Shown here piece after piece: positions 28,963-38,470 of a stretch of DNA of 64,000 nucleotides. Position 1 is the stretch's first letter; every line of letters begins with the position of its first letter. The translations under genes and the position numbers were made by a program. Under the pieces are notes generated by a model. The model had not been told where the DNA came from and made no database searches. It saw nothing but the letters and a program-made list of their open reading frames with translations. The DNA is from an uncultured Clostridia bacterium (lineage in GTDB: Bacteria > Bacillota > Clostridia > Christensenellales > UBA1750), in the NCBI GenBank assembly GCA_947625765.1, contig CANQPP010000003.1, positions 29,138 through 93,137 of the forward strand, written 5' to 3'.

Positions 28963-29355
28963 ATGCAGGAAGTGTATGAGTTCCTCAAGGCCTGCGGCGT
29001 GTACTATCTGGCCACGGTGGAGAATGGCCAGCCCCGCGTGCGCCCCTTCGGCACCGTGGACCTGTTCGAGGGCAGGCTGTACATCCAGACCGGCAAGTCC
29101 AAGGCCGTGGCCCGGCAGCTGAAGGCCGACCCGCGCATCGAGATCAGCGGCATGGCCGGGGAAAAATGGATACGCTTGAGCGCCGAGGCTGTGCTGGACG
29201 AGAGGATCGAAGCCCAGGCACACATGCTGGAGGCCTATCCTTCCCTGCAGGACCGCTACCAGCCCGGCGACGGCAACACGGAGGTCTACTACCTGAAGAA
29301 CGCCGTGACGAGCATCTGCTCCTTCACCGAGCCGACCAAGGAGATCCGCTTCTGA
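28963..29355 (+). CDS. Pyridoxamine 5'-phosphate oxidase-like FMN-binding protein
   Basis: YYLATVENGQPRVRPFG, YIQTGKSK. Confidence 0.85.
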   Translation: MQEVYEFLKACGVYYLATVENGQPRVRPFGTVDLFEGRLYIQTGKSKAVARQLKADPRIEISGMAGEKWIRLSAEAVLDERIEAQAHMLEAYPSLQDRYQPGDGNTEVYYLKNAVTSICSFTEPTKEIRF

Positions 29356-29380
29356 AACTTGAGACCTGGAGGCCAAACGC

Positions 29381-29839
29381 ATGGACGACCGCCGATACGA
29401 CAGCCTGAAGCTGGACAACCAGCTGTGTTTTCCGCTGTATGCCTGCTCCAAGGAGGTCGTTCGCCGCTACCGCCCCTATCTGGACGCGCTGGACCTGACC
29501 TACACGCAGTACATCGCCATGATGGTGCTCTGGGAACAGGGCGAGCTGAACGTCAAATCCCTGGGGCAGCGGCTCTACCTGGACTCCGGCACGCTGACGC
29601 CGCTGCTCAAGAGCCTGGAGCAGAAGGGCTATGTGCGCAGGAAGCGCAGCGCGGAGGACGAGCGCGTGCTGCTGGTGCAGCTCACCGAGAAGGGCGCCGC
29701 GCTCCGGGAAAAGGCCCTCTCCGTCCCCGGCCAGCTGGCCCGCTGCGTGCACCTGGAAGGCGAGGAGGCAAGGGAGCTCTACCGCCTGCTGTACAAGCTC
29801 CTGCTCTCTTTGGACGAGGAAAGCCCCGCAAAGAAGTGA
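29381..29839 (+). CDS. MarR family regulator (OhrR-like)
   Basis: LDNQLCFPLYA, LTYTQY, LDSGTLTPLLK, DERV. Confidence 0.9.
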   Translation: MDDRRYDSLKLDNQLCFPLYACSKEVVRRYRPYLDALDLTYTQYIAMMVLWEQGELNVKSLGQRLYLDSGTLTPLLKSLEQKGYVRRKRSAEDERVLLVQLTEKGAALREKALSVPGQLARCVHLEGEEARELYRLLYKLLLSLDEESPAKK

Positions 29840-29891
29840 CCTTTCAAATCAAAGGTATACATTTTAAACACATGAAGGAGGAAACCCACAC

Positions 29892-30146
29892 ATGAAGACC
29901 GTTTATATGACCAAGGGCGTCTGTTCCACCGCCATCGAGCTGGAGGTGGAGGACGGCATCGTCAAGCACGTGAACTTCGTCGGCGGCTGCCGCGGCAACA
30001 CCCAGGGCGTGGCGCGCCTGGCCGAGAACCGCCCCATCGAGGAAGTCATCCGCTTAACGCAGGGCATCCAGTGCCGCGGCGGCACCTCCTGCCCCGACCA
30101 GCTGAGCCAGGCCCTCCGCCAGATCGCGGAGAGCGCGAACGCTTGA
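29892..30146 (+). CDS. TSCPD domain protein (TIGR03905-like)
   Basis: KGVCS, FVGGCRGN, GIQC..TSCPDQL. Confidence 0.9.
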   Translation: MKTVYMTKGVCSTAIELEVEDGIVKHVNFVGGCRGNTQGVARLAENRPIEEVIRLTQGIQCRGGTSCPDQLSQALRQIAESANA

Positions 30147-30165
30147 ACCAAGACGCAAACAACAC

Positions 30166-30210
30166 CAAAAGCCCCCTGCCGCAGGCACTTCCCGCGGCGG
30201 GGGGCTTTTG
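30166..30210. terminator. Bidirectional terminator
   Basis: CAAAAGCCCCCTGCCGC / GCGGCGGGGGGCTTTTG. Confidence 0.75.
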
Positions 30211-30228
30211 CTTTGCCTCTTTATTTGT

Positions 30229-30942
30229 CTATTCTTGTCCGCTTGCAGTCAAGTCCAGGCTGTTGGCCCAGTCCATCACGTCCTCGGCGGAGGCTCCGGC
30301 GGGGAAGCGCCTGCCGTCCAGCCAGACAGCGCCGCCCGCGGCCTTGCGCAGCGCCGCATCGCTGCTGCCAAAGCCGCTGCTGCCGGAGGTGCAGAAGGGA
30401 ATGAGCGTCTTGCCGGTGAAGTCATAGCTCTCGATGAAGGTGCTCAGGATCCGCGGTGCTTCTCCCCACCAGATCGGGTAGCCGATGAACACCACGTCGT
30501 ATTGCTCCATGTTCTCCACCGAGCCGGAGATGGCCGGGCGGGCGTCCGGGTCATCCATCTCCGCGGAAGTGCGGCTGCCCGAATCGCCATAGTTGAGGTC
30601 AGCCTCGGTATAGGGTTCCTCCGGCACGATCTGGTAGAGCTCTGCCTTCAGCCCCTCGGCCAGCTTCTGCGCCACGCCTTCCGTGTTGTGGGTGGCGGAA
30701 AAATACGCAACGAGTATCTTGCCGCCCTTCGGCTGTTCTATCTCCTGTTCCGGCTCGGCGGAGGAGGGCTCCGGCATTTCTTCCGGCTCCGGGCTTCTTT
30801 CTGCAGGCGCAGCGGGCGTTTCGGGGGTCTCCGTTGCGCTCATGGGCGTTTCGACGCTTTTCGATGCCTCGTTCCCGGCGGCGCAGGCCGCGAGGGTCAG
30901 GGCCAGCAGCGCCGCCAGCAGGGCAGCCGTGAACTTCCTCAT
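30229..30942 (-). CDS. Flavodoxin with lipoprotein signal and Pro/Glu linker
   Basis: MRKFTAALL...LAAC lipobox; VAYFSATHNT, GYPIWWG, FCTSGSSG. Confidence 0.88.
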   Translation of the reverse strand: MRKFTAALLAALLALTLAACAAGNEASKSVETPMSATETPETPAAPAERSPEPEEMPEPSSAEPEQEIEQPKGGKILVAYFSATHNTEGVAQKLAEGLKAELYQIVPEEPYTEADLNYGDSGSRTSAEMDDPDARPAISGSVENMEQYDVVFIGYPIWWGEAPRILSTFIESYDFTGKTLIPFCTSGSSGFGSSDAALRKAAGGAVWLDGRRFPAGASAEDVMDWANSLDLTASGQE

Positions 30943-31694
30943 TTCAGGCCTCCGTACTGCTTCTCGTCCACGGGCTCCAGCCATTCGTTGGAGGCGTTCT
31001 CCCCCGGAACTTCAATAGCGAGATGACTAAACCAGCTGTCCGGCGCGGCCCCGTGCCAGTGCTTGACGCCCGCGGGGATGTTCACGCAGTCGCCGGGCTT
31101 CATCTCCACGGCCTCTTTGCCCCATTTCTGGTAGTAGCCGCGGCCGCCCACGCAGATGAGGATCTGCCCGCCGCCCTTGTCGGCGTTGTGGATATGCCAG
31201 TTGTTCCGGCAGCCCGGCTCGAATGTCACGTTGAAGATGCCGACCTGCTCCTTCGATACCGGCGCCAGGTAGCTCTGCCCGCTGAAATACTGCTTGAAGC
31301 CGTCGTTCGGCGCGCCGATGGGGAAAAGGATGGTGTTCTGATACCTGTCCTTTTCGGTCAGCGCGGGCTCCTTCTCGTCCCACACGTTCTTGGCCAGGCG
31401 GAACACCGCCCAGGCCTTGGGCCAGCCCACGTAGAAGCCGACGTGCGTCACTATGGCGGCGATCTCGGCGCGGGTGACGCCGTGGGCCTTGGCGTTTTCC
31501 AGATGATAGGTGAGAGACGAATCGGTGATGCCCGAACTCATCAGCGCCACCACGGTGACGATGCAGCGGGTCTTTAGGTCTATATCGTGGTTGTTCCAGT
31601 TCTCGCCAAAGAGAACGTCGTCGTTATAGTGAGCAAAGTCCGGGGCAAATGTGCTCAGCTGGTCCCTGCCCGCGGTCTGCGTGATCTTTTCCAT
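30939..31694 (-). CDS. Carboxymuconolactone decarboxylase-like / cupin fusion
   Basis: QTAGRDQL..FAP..NDDVLFGE, FYVGWPKAW; cupin FEPGCRNNWHIH...KHWHGA. Confidence 0.88.
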   Translation of the reverse strand: MEKITQTAGRDQLSTFAPDFAHYNDDVLFGENWNNHDIDLKTRCIVTVVALMSSGITDSSLTYHLENAKAHGVTRAEIAAIVTHVGFYVGWPKAWAVFRLAKNVWDEKEPALTEKDRYQNTILFPIGAPNDGFKQYFSGQSYLAPVSKEQVGIFNVTFEPGCRNNWHIHNADKGGGQILICVGGRGYYQKWGKEAVEMKPGDCVNIPAGVKHWHGAAPDSWFSHLAIEVPGENASNEWLEPVDEKQYGGLK

Positions 31695-31708
31695 GTCTCT
31701 TTTCTCCT

Positions 31709-32719
31709 TTACACTACGTTTCCGGCCTTCTGCTTGCCGTTCTGGGCCATCACGCCCACCAGCGCGTGGGGCACGTACAGCTCCTCCAGATAGTCGATCT
31801 CGTCCTGCGTGAGCTCCAGCTCCACCGCTTTCGCCGCGCCTTCCACGTGGGTTCCCTTCGTCGCTCCCACCACCGGCGAGGCCACCTTCGTCAGCAGCCA
31901 AGCAAGGGACACCTCCGTCATGGACACGCCGCGCTTCTCGGCCAGCTCCGCCACGCGGGCGATGATCTTCCCGTCCGCCTCGGCGGTGGCGTCGTATTTG
32001 AATTTGGCGTAGGAATCCTCTTGGAGGCGCTTGCTCGTCTCGCCGGGCCGCTTGGAGAGCCGCCCTCCGGCCAGCGCGCTGTACGGCGTCATGGCGATGT
32101 TCTGGTCCCTGCAGAAGGGGGCCATCTCGCGCTCCTCCTCCCGGGCGATGAGGTTGTAATGCCCCTGCACGGAGATGAACTCCGTGAGGCCGTGTTCGCG
32201 GGCGTAGAAGTTGGCCTTGGCCAGCTGCCAGGCGAAGCAGTTGGAGATGCCGATGTATCGCGCCTTGCCCGCCTTGACGACGGCGTCCAGCCCCTCCATG
32301 ATCTCCTCCATGGGCGTGTGGTAGTCCCACATGTGGTAGATGTAAAGGTCCACATGGTCCAGCCCGAGGTTCTGAAGGCTCTGGTCCAGATAATTCTCAA
32401 TGTGCTTCTGCCCGCTGACGCGTGCGTCGATCTCCGCCTGCGTGCGGGGCGTGAACTTGGTGGCGAGCACGACCTCATCCCGCTTGGCAAAATCCCGCAG
32501 CGCCTTGCCCACATAGCGCTCGCTGCTGCCGTTTTGGTAGACGATGGCGGTGTCGAAGAAGTTGATCCCGAGCTCAAGGCCACGCCGGATGATCCGCCTT
32601 GTCTGTTCCTCGTCCACCGTCCAGCTGTGCTGGCCCGTGGCGGCGTCGCCAAAGCCCATACAGCCCATGCAGATGCGGGAGACGGTGAGCTCGCTTTTCC
32701 CGAGCCGAACATACTTCAT
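31709..32719 (-). CDS. Aldo/keto reductase
   Basis: VSRICMGCM, FDTAIVY, LATK, DLYIYH, RYIGISN. Confidence 0.93.
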   Translation of the reverse strand: MKYVRLGKSELTVSRICMGCMGFGDAATGQHSWTVDEEQTRRIIRRGLELGINFFDTAIVYQNGSSERYVGKALRDFAKRDEVVLATKFTPRTQAEIDARVSGQKHIENYLDQSLQNLGLDHVDLYIYHMWDYHTPMEEIMEGLDAVVKAGKARYIGISNCFAWQLAKANFYAREHGLTEFISVQGHYNLIAREEEREMAPFCRDQNIAMTPYSALAGGRLSKRPGETSKRLQEDSYAKFKYDATAEADGKIIARVAELAEKRGVSMTEVSLAWLLTKVASPVVGATKGTHVEGAAKAVELELTQDEIDYLEELYVPHALVGVMAQNGKQKAGNVV

Positions 32720-32733
32720 GCCCTTGTATCTCC

Positions 32734-33213
32734 TTACAGGACGGACTCGGCCCAGGCCTTTAAGTCCTTCTCCGTCTGGCGGCCGTTCAGGAGCCTGCCC
32801 TCTACGATCTCAGCATCCGCCGCAACGGAGGGTTTCAGTCCCGCCACGGTCCTGCCGAAGCCGCTGCCGCCGGAGGTCGCAAACAGCACGATCTTCTTGC
32901 CGGAGAAGTTATAGCTCTCCAAAAAGCTGTTGATGATGGTCGGGGCCACGTACCACCAGATGGGGAAGCCCAGCAGGATGGTGTCGTAGGCCTCGATGTT
33001 CGCATCCTTGTCGGCCAGCGCGGGGCGGCTGGACTTATCGTTCATCTCGATAGAGCTGCGGGACTTTTTGTCCATCCAGTTAAGGTCCGCCTTTGTGTAG
33101 GGCACCTGGGGCCTGATCTCATAGAGCTCCGCACCCGCGGCCTTTGCCAGTTCCTTTGCGACCTGCGCCGTGGTCCCGCTGGCGCTGAAATACGCGACCA
33201 ATGTCTTGCTCAT
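32734..33213 (-). CDS. Flavodoxin
   Basis: VAYFSASGTT, GFPIWW, FATSGGSG. Confidence 0.92.
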   Translation of the reverse strand: MSKTLVAYFSASGTTAQVAKELAKAAGAELYEIRPQVPYTKADLNWMDKKSRSSIEMNDKSSRPALADKDANIEAYDTILLGFPIWWYVAPTIINSFLESYNFSGKKIVLFATSGGSGFGRTVAGLKPSVAADAEIVEGRLLNGRQTEKDLKAWAESVL

Positions 33214-33235
33214 AGGTTTTCTCTCCTTTTTCGTT

Positions 33236-33859
33236 TTAGTCTCCCAGCAGTTTTCTTATGCAGTGGAAGCTGATCTCGTAGATGGACATGAACACGTAGT
33301 TGACGCCCGCCTCCTCCATCGCCGCCCGCTGCTTTGGGGTCACGTAGGTATAGGGGTAAATGCCGAACAGGAAGGGGAAAAAGGTGTAGATGAAGTCCTG
33401 CTTCTGCCGGATGCTCATCTCAGGGAAATACTGCGTCAGGCAGTCCATCACCGCGCGGATGGAGGCGCCGTAGGCGACCTTGAACGCCTCCAAATGCTCC
33501 GGCCGGCTGCCAGTCTCCATGTCGTAGTGGTTCATGGAGAGGATCTTCAGCAGCTGCGCCCGCTCCTCCAGGGAATGGGCCAGCATGGAGGCGAACTCGT
33601 CCTTCGTCATGGCCGGGACCTCCGCCATGGTTTTCTTGAGCGAGGCGATCCAAAGCTCGTACTCGCGCTTTAGGAGCGCTAAGAAGATTTCTTCCTTCGT
33701 CTGGAAGTAGTTGTAGATGGAGGTGCGCGTAAAGCTGGTGGCCCTGCCGATCTGGCCCATGGTGATCTCCTTAAAGCTCATCGTCTGGTAGAGCTTTTCG
33801 CAGGCGTTCACGATCTCCTCCCGCCGCGCCTCCGTCAGCTCCGGCGATCCCTTCGGCAT
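33236..33859 (-). CDS. TetR family transcriptional regulator
   Basis: RREEIVNAC...TRTSIYNYFQTKEEIF; ATG at 33859. Confidence 0.9.
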   Translation of the reverse strand: MPKGSPELTEARREEIVNACEKLYQTMSFKEITMGQIGRATSFTRTSIYNYFQTKEEIFLALLKREYELWIASLKKTMAEVPAMTKDEFASMLAHSLEERAQLLKILSMNHYDMETGSRPEHLEAFKVAYGASIRAVMDCLTQYFPEMSIRQKQDFIYTFFPFLFGIYPYTYVTPKQRAAMEEAGVNYVFMSIYEISFHCIRKLLGD

Positions 33860-33897
33860 CTGTTTTTCTCCCTTTCCGCGATGACGGGTCACATATT

Positions 33898-33949
33898 CTG
33901 ACGACCTGTCAGCGTCTCTAAGCATAGCATCCTTCTGACAGCGTGTCAA
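33898..33949 (-). promoter_or_regulatory. Promoter with two TGAC-N5-GTCA palindromes (likely TetR operators)
   Basis: TTGACA-17-TATGCT on minus strand; CTGACgacctGTCAG and TGACAgcgTGTCA, the latter over the -35. Confidence 0.6.
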
Positions 33950-34031
33950 CACCTTTTGCAAAAAATTTTTCGCCGCATAAAAATTCCCCCGGCCGCGGGG
34001 AACGCGGCGCAGGGGAAAATTTGTCCGTTTT

Positions 34032-35189
34032 TCAGGGAACGCGGGCGAATATGCGCACCAGCGGGCCTTTGGGCCTGTTTTCTACGACCGTCTCCGGCTG
34101 CGCGTCCGCCAGGAAGGAGAGCGCGCCGCCGCCAGCCCGCACGCTCGGCCGCCAGCCCTGCCCCTTGTCCTCGTTGACCACGTGCAGGCGGCAAGGCGCG
34201 CCGGTATAGTCCTCGCCCGTAAGGTAATAGTCCGCGCGGCAGTGCCAGGGCCAGCCCGGCCGCTTTTCCTGCCTGTCGCAGGCGCCGGGCTCCACCGCGC
34301 CGCGGAACCAGGGCGTCTGACTTTCCCCGGTGAAGGGCAGGTATTGCACGGTCTCACGCGGGCGGCAAAGGCGCTCAAAGCCCGTCAGCTCCACGTCCAC
34401 ACTCAAGAGCAGGTGCTTGCCCTGCAAAAAGGGGCGCAGCGCGTCCAGAAAGACGCGGTCCTCCCGGGCGTCGAAGCCATGCCCGGCTCCTTCCAGACGC
34501 ACGAAGTCGCAGCGCCTCGGGGCCGCCTGCTCGTAGGCCTCAGCAGCCAAGACGGAATAGCGGATGTCCACGCAGTCGTCGGCGTCGCCGTGCACGAGCA
34601 GCACCGGCCCCCGGTAGCGCCCGATGACCGCGTAGGGGTCGAAGCCCTGCATGCAGGCGGGGTATTCCCTGCCGATCGTGCAGCGGCCGTCGGAGATGGT
34701 CTCCGGGATGTGTTCAGGGTCGAAGCGGAAGGCGAGCATCTTCCCCGCCCGCGCGTCGTCGGGTATGCAGAAGGCGGGGTAGAGTAGCACCAGCCCCTCG
34801 ACCGCCTTGCCCAGTTCCGCGGCAGCCAGCGCGCTCACGAAGCCGCCCTGGCTCATCCCCAGCAGCAGCACCCGCTCCGGGTCGTTGCCGGGCAGGGAGC
34901 GGGCGTAGGCGACCACGGCCTTTAAGTCCTCCACCTCGGTGAGCACGGTCATCTCCGTGGTCGGCCCGTCGCTGGTGCCCTGCGTGCAGCCGCCGCAGAA
35001 GTCGAAGATGTAGGCCGCGTAGCCCAGCGCGGCCAGCTGTACGGCGTAGGCCCGCGCCGAGCGCATGTTGGACATAAAGCCGTGGGACAGTATGGCGATG
35101 GGCAGCCTCTCGCCCTCGCCCCGCAGCTCCCGGCCGCGGATAGTGAGGCCGTCCCGCTCACAGGAAAAGCGCCGCGTTTCGATCCGCAT
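34032..35189 (-). CDS. Alpha/beta hydrolase with an extra C-terminal domain
   Basis: SHGF, GMSQGG nucleophile elbow, HGDAD, AGHGF; ~125-aa C-terminal extension. Confidence 0.85.
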   Translation of the reverse strand: MRIETRRFSCERDGLTIRGRELRGEGERLPIAILSHGFMSNMRSARAYAVQLAALGYAAYIFDFCGGCTQGTSDGPTTEMTVLTEVEDLKAVVAYARSLPGNDPERVLLLGMSQGGFVSALAAAELGKAVEGLVLLYPAFCIPDDARAGKMLAFRFDPEHIPETISDGRCTIGREYPACMQGFDPYAVIGRYRGPVLLVHGDADDCVDIRYSVLAAEAYEQAAPRRCDFVRLEGAGHGFDAREDRVFLDALRPFLQGKHLLLSVDVELTGFERLCRPRETVQYLPFTGESQTPWFRGAVEPGACDRQEKRPGWPWHCRADYYLTGEDYTGAPCRLHVVNEDKGQGWRPSVRAGGGALSFLADAQPETVVENRPKGPLVRIFARVP

Positions 35190-35276
35190 GCGATGACCTC
35201 CTTGTATCGGGTATCCTGACGGAAGTATACCGCATAGGCACGGCGCGGCGCAAGGGAGAAAGCCCGCGTTTGCCCC

Positions 35277-35531
35277 TCAGCGGCGGAACAGAGAGAAACC
35301 CTTCTTCTCGTAGGGCTCGGTGTGGGCGGAGAGCACCTGATAGCCGGTGGCGTTGATCGCATCCATCACCGCCCGCTCGTCCAGCTTCTCGTCGCTCACG
35401 ATCTGCGTGCACTTCTTTACCCGGGAGGAGCTGACCTTGCGCACCGCGAAGGCGCGGCGCACCGCGTCGTTGATGTGGCTCTCGCACATGGGGCAGGCCA
35501 TGCCCTCCACCTGCAGCGTCATCCTGTACAT
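35277..35531 (-). CDS. Heavy-metal-associated (CopZ-like) protein
   Basis: VEGMACPMCESHI. Confidence 0.88.
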   Translation of the reverse strand: MYRMTLQVEGMACPMCESHINDAVRRAFAVRKVSSSRVKKCTQIVSDEKLDERAVMDAINATGYQVLSAHTEPYEKKGFSLFRR

Positions 35532-35593
35532 GGGAACATCTCCTTTAAGTTAGATTATGCTAACCATAAGTATACCACCCGCACCCTTCCCCG

Positions 35594-36496
35594 TCAAGCT
35601 AAAGCCTTTTTGAGCCACTCCACCCTTCTCTCCACACAAGTCTTCAGCAGTTCGCTCTTTATGGCCGTTTCAAACCCGTGACAGGCGCCCTTGACCTCGT
35701 GCAGTTCGGCGGGTATCCCCTGCGCCCGCAGCTTTTCACACAGCAGCGCTCCCTCGTCGCGGAGCGCGTCGAACTGCGCGACCTCTATGTACGTGGGCGG
35801 AAAGCCCGCAAAGGACGCCGCTTCCAGAGGTGAGGCGTACTCGATCCTCTCCGGCAGCCCTCTCCTAAGATACGCTTTCCACATCATTTTGGACAGCTCC
35901 GCGTCAAAGACCGGGGCGTCCGCATATTTCCTCACGGAATCGGTCACCATCCGCCTGTCCGTGACCGGGTAGATGAGCAGCGCGGCATCCGGCATGCGCA
36001 TTTTCCGATCCCTTGCCATCAGCATCACGGCCAGGGCGAGGGCGCCGCCCGCGCTGTCCCCCGCGACGACGACGGGCGCGCCGCCGGCCTGCTCAAGCGC
36101 CCATTGATATGTGCAGTAGCAGTCCTCCGCCGGGACGGGGAACGGGTATTTCGGCGCCAGGCGGTAGTCGGTATAGACGACCCTGCACGGCAGGTCCAAG
36201 GCATATCTTTTCGCCATGCTGTGGTGGGCAAAGGAGGCCTTCAACACAAAGCCCCCGCCGTGAAACAGCACCATGCAGGGCAGCTTCCCCGCGTAACGGG
36301 CGGGCTCGATCACCAATGTATCAAGGAGCGCGCCGCCATAGCCTGGCGTCCTGTGCCGGGTGACAGTTACGTCGCCGTCCGAGCGGCATTTGGAAAGGCC
36401 GATGATCCCGTTCATCAGGGGCAGAAGCGCCGGGGCGTTCGGCATCTTGATCCTGGCGATCCTTCCCAATTCCCGGTCCAGGTCGTATTTGTTCAC
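35594..36496 (-). CDS. HSL-family alpha/beta hydrolase (esterase)
   Basis: HGGGF, YRLAP, GDSAGG, D-x-LRDEG, HGF; GTG start after GGAGGG. Confidence 0.9.
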   Translation of the reverse strand: MNKYDLDRELGRIARIKMPNAPALLPLMNGIIGLSKCRSDGDVTVTRHRTPGYGGALLDTLVIEPARYAGKLPCMVLFHGGGFVLKASFAHHSMAKRYALDLPCRVVYTDYRLAPKYPFPVPAEDCYCTYQWALEQAGGAPVVVAGDSAGGALALAVMLMARDRKMRMPDAALLIYPVTDRRMVTDSVRKYADAPVFDAELSKMMWKAYLRRGLPERIEYASPLEAASFAGFPPTYIEVAQFDALRDEGALLCEKLRAQGIPAELHEVKGACHGFETAIKSELLKTCVERRVEWLKKALA

Positions 36497-36523
36497 GGCA
36501 TTCCCTCCCACAAAAACATCGCT

Positions 36524-36850
36524 CTATCGCAGCTTTTCGATCAAGCGCGTTTGCGCTCCGTGCAGTCGTTTTCGCGTGCCTCCCGTTTCCTCCAGCCAGT
36601 CCGCCACAAATTTGAGTTTCTCTTTTGCGGACTTGTATTCCGAAAGCAGCTTGATCGCCGCGAGATAAGGGCTGGCCTTCCTGCTTTCAAGATCGTGCGG
36701 CAAAACGGAGAGCTTCCCGCTGTAAATGTAGCAGATCCCGTCCTCTTTGTCGATCACATAGTCCATGACCGCTTTTTGGATGCAGGTATCCTCCAAGGTG
36801 TATTCCGATCGCTCTAAGCGCCGAACGGCCGGCCGTTCCCTCTCCCCCAT
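36524..36850 (-). CDS. Hypothetical protein
   Basis: Open frame co-oriented with neighbours; no motif recognised. Confidence 0.5.
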   Translation of the reverse strand: MGERERPAVRRLERSEYTLEDTCIQKAVMDYVIDKEDGICYIYSGKLSVLPHDLESRKASPYLAAIKLLSEYKSAKEKLKFVADWLEETGGTRKRLHGAQTRLIEKLR

Positions 36851-36908
36851 TGTACCACCCAAACGCAGGGAGGTCCACCTCTCCGCTTCGGTCGGTCGAG
36901 CGGGGCAC

Positions 36909-36944
36909 AAAAGACGCTCCGGCGAATATCGCCGGAGCGTCTTT
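36909..36944 (-). terminator. Terminator after the hyd maturation operon
   Basis: AAAGACGCTCCGGCGA / TCGCCGGAGCGTCTTT perfect stem. Confidence 0.75.
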
Positions 36945-36956
36945 GCATAGGGGGCC

Positions 36957-37208
36957 TTACAGGCTTGCGTAGGCGGTCTTGGTGTTGACGCCCGGCAGCC
37001 TGCCGATGCGACCTGTCAGGGCGGAGATCACATCCTGTGGCGCGTCCAGCGCGATGCTGATGATGGAGATGCCCTTCTGCCGGTAGGGCAGGCCCATGCG
37101 GCCGATGATGTAGGGGCCGTACTCGTGCAGTATGGCGTTGAGCTGGGCCACGGAATCCATGTTGGAGACAATGATGGCGCTCACGGCCACGCGGCTGTTT
37201 TCTTCCAT
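36957..37208 (-). CDS. TM1266 family iron-only hydrogenase system regulator
   Basis: LNAILHEY..YIIGRMGLPY, ALTGRIGRLPGV; follows hydF. Confidence 0.88.
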   Translation of the reverse strand: MEENSRVAVSAIIVSNMDSVAQLNAILHEYGPYIIGRMGLPYRQKGISIISIALDAPQDVISALTGRIGRLPGVNTKTAYASL

Positions 37209-37242
37209 GGGCTTTAGCTTCTCCTTCCCTTTGATGGGTCTT

Positions 37243-38454
37243 TCAGTCCTCCCGCTCGTCCAGGCGGGCGGCCAGATGGGGGAACACGGACAGGCTGCGC
37301 CGCAGTATGCCGTGCATATGGGCGATGGCGGTGCCGTAATTGGTGATGGGCACGCCCTGGTCGACGGCGCGCTCCATGCGGGAGAGTACCTCCCGCTCGT
37401 TGAGCATGCAACCGCCGCAGTGCAGCACCAGCTTGTAGGGCGACAAATCCTCCGGGAACTCCGTGCCGGAGACGGTCTCGAAGATGGGTTCTGCGCCGCA
37501 GTGCTGCCGGATCCAGCGGGGGAGCTTCACGGTGCCTATGTCGTTGCACTGCCTGTGGTGGGTGCAGCCCTCGGCGATCAGCACCCTGTCGCCGTCCCGC
37601 AGGCGGTCCAAGGCGCGCACGCCCTCCACCGCGGTGTCCAGCAGGCCCTTAAAGCGGGCCATGAGGATGGAGAAGGAGGTCAGCGGCACCTCCGGCGGGG
37701 TCTCGCGGGCGGCCACGGCGAAGGCCTGGCTGTCGGTGACGACCAGCGCCGGCGGCCTGCCCAGGGCGGCCAGCGCTTCCTTTAACTCCAACTCCCGGGT
37801 GACCACGGCCACCGCGCCGTAGTCCAGCGCGTCGCGCAGCACCTGCTGCTGGGGCAGGATCATGCGGCCCTTGGGCGCGGCCTCGTCGATGGGCGTGACC
37901 AGCACCACCAGGTCCTTGGGCTTTACAAGCCCCGCCAGCAGGCGCTTTTCCTCCGTCGTGGGCCGCAGGGCGGCCAGCCGCTCCTTGAGTTCACGGATGT
38001 TAAGGCCCTCTTTGGCGCTCACGTACAGCTCCCGCTCGCCGGCCTGCGGGATGTCCTTCAAAAGGTCCGCCTTGGTGCGGGCGATGAGATAGGGCAGCTT
38101 CCTCTGCTCAAACAGCTCGAGCAGGGCCCGTTCGGGCTCCCCCAGCGGTCTGTCCGCGGGCGCGGCCAGCACGGCCAGGTCGGCTTTGGCCAGGACCTGC
38201 CGGGTCTTTTCCACGCGCAGGCTGCCCAGCTCGCCCTCGTCGTCGAAGCCGGGGGTGTCGATCACGACCACCGGCCCCAAGGGCAGCAGCTCCATGGCCT
38301 TCTGCACCGGGTCGGTGGTGGTGCCGGGCACGTCGGAGACCACCGCCAGCCTCTGGCCCGTGACGGCGTTGAGCAGGCTGGACTTGCCCGCGTTGCGGCG
38401 GCCGAAGAAGGCGATGTGCACGCGCACGGCGCTGGGACTCTGATTCATGCTCAT
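37243..38454 (-). CDS. hydF: [FeFe] hydrogenase maturation GTPase
   Basis: GRRNAGKSS, GTTTD, DTPG, APKGR, CTHH, HCGGC, TNYG. Confidence 0.95.
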   Translation of the reverse strand: MSMNQSPSAVRVHIAFFGRRNAGKSSLLNAVTGQRLAVVSDVPGTTTDPVQKAMELLPLGPVVVIDTPGFDDEGELGSLRVEKTRQVLAKADLAVLAAPADRPLGEPERALLELFEQRKLPYLIARTKADLLKDIPQAGERELYVSAKEGLNIRELKERLAALRPTTEEKRLLAGLVKPKDLVVLVTPIDEAAPKGRMILPQQQVLRDALDYGAVAVVTRELELKEALAALGRPPALVVTDSQAFAVAARETPPEVPLTSFSILMARFKGLLDTAVEGVRALDRLRDGDRVLIAEGCTHHRQCNDIGTVKLPRWIRQHCGAEPIFETVSGTEFPEDLSPYKLVLHCGGCMLNEREVLSRMERAVDQGVPITNYGTAIAHMHGILRRSLSVFPHLAARLDERED

Positions 38455-38470
38455 CGGGCGCTCCCTCCTT

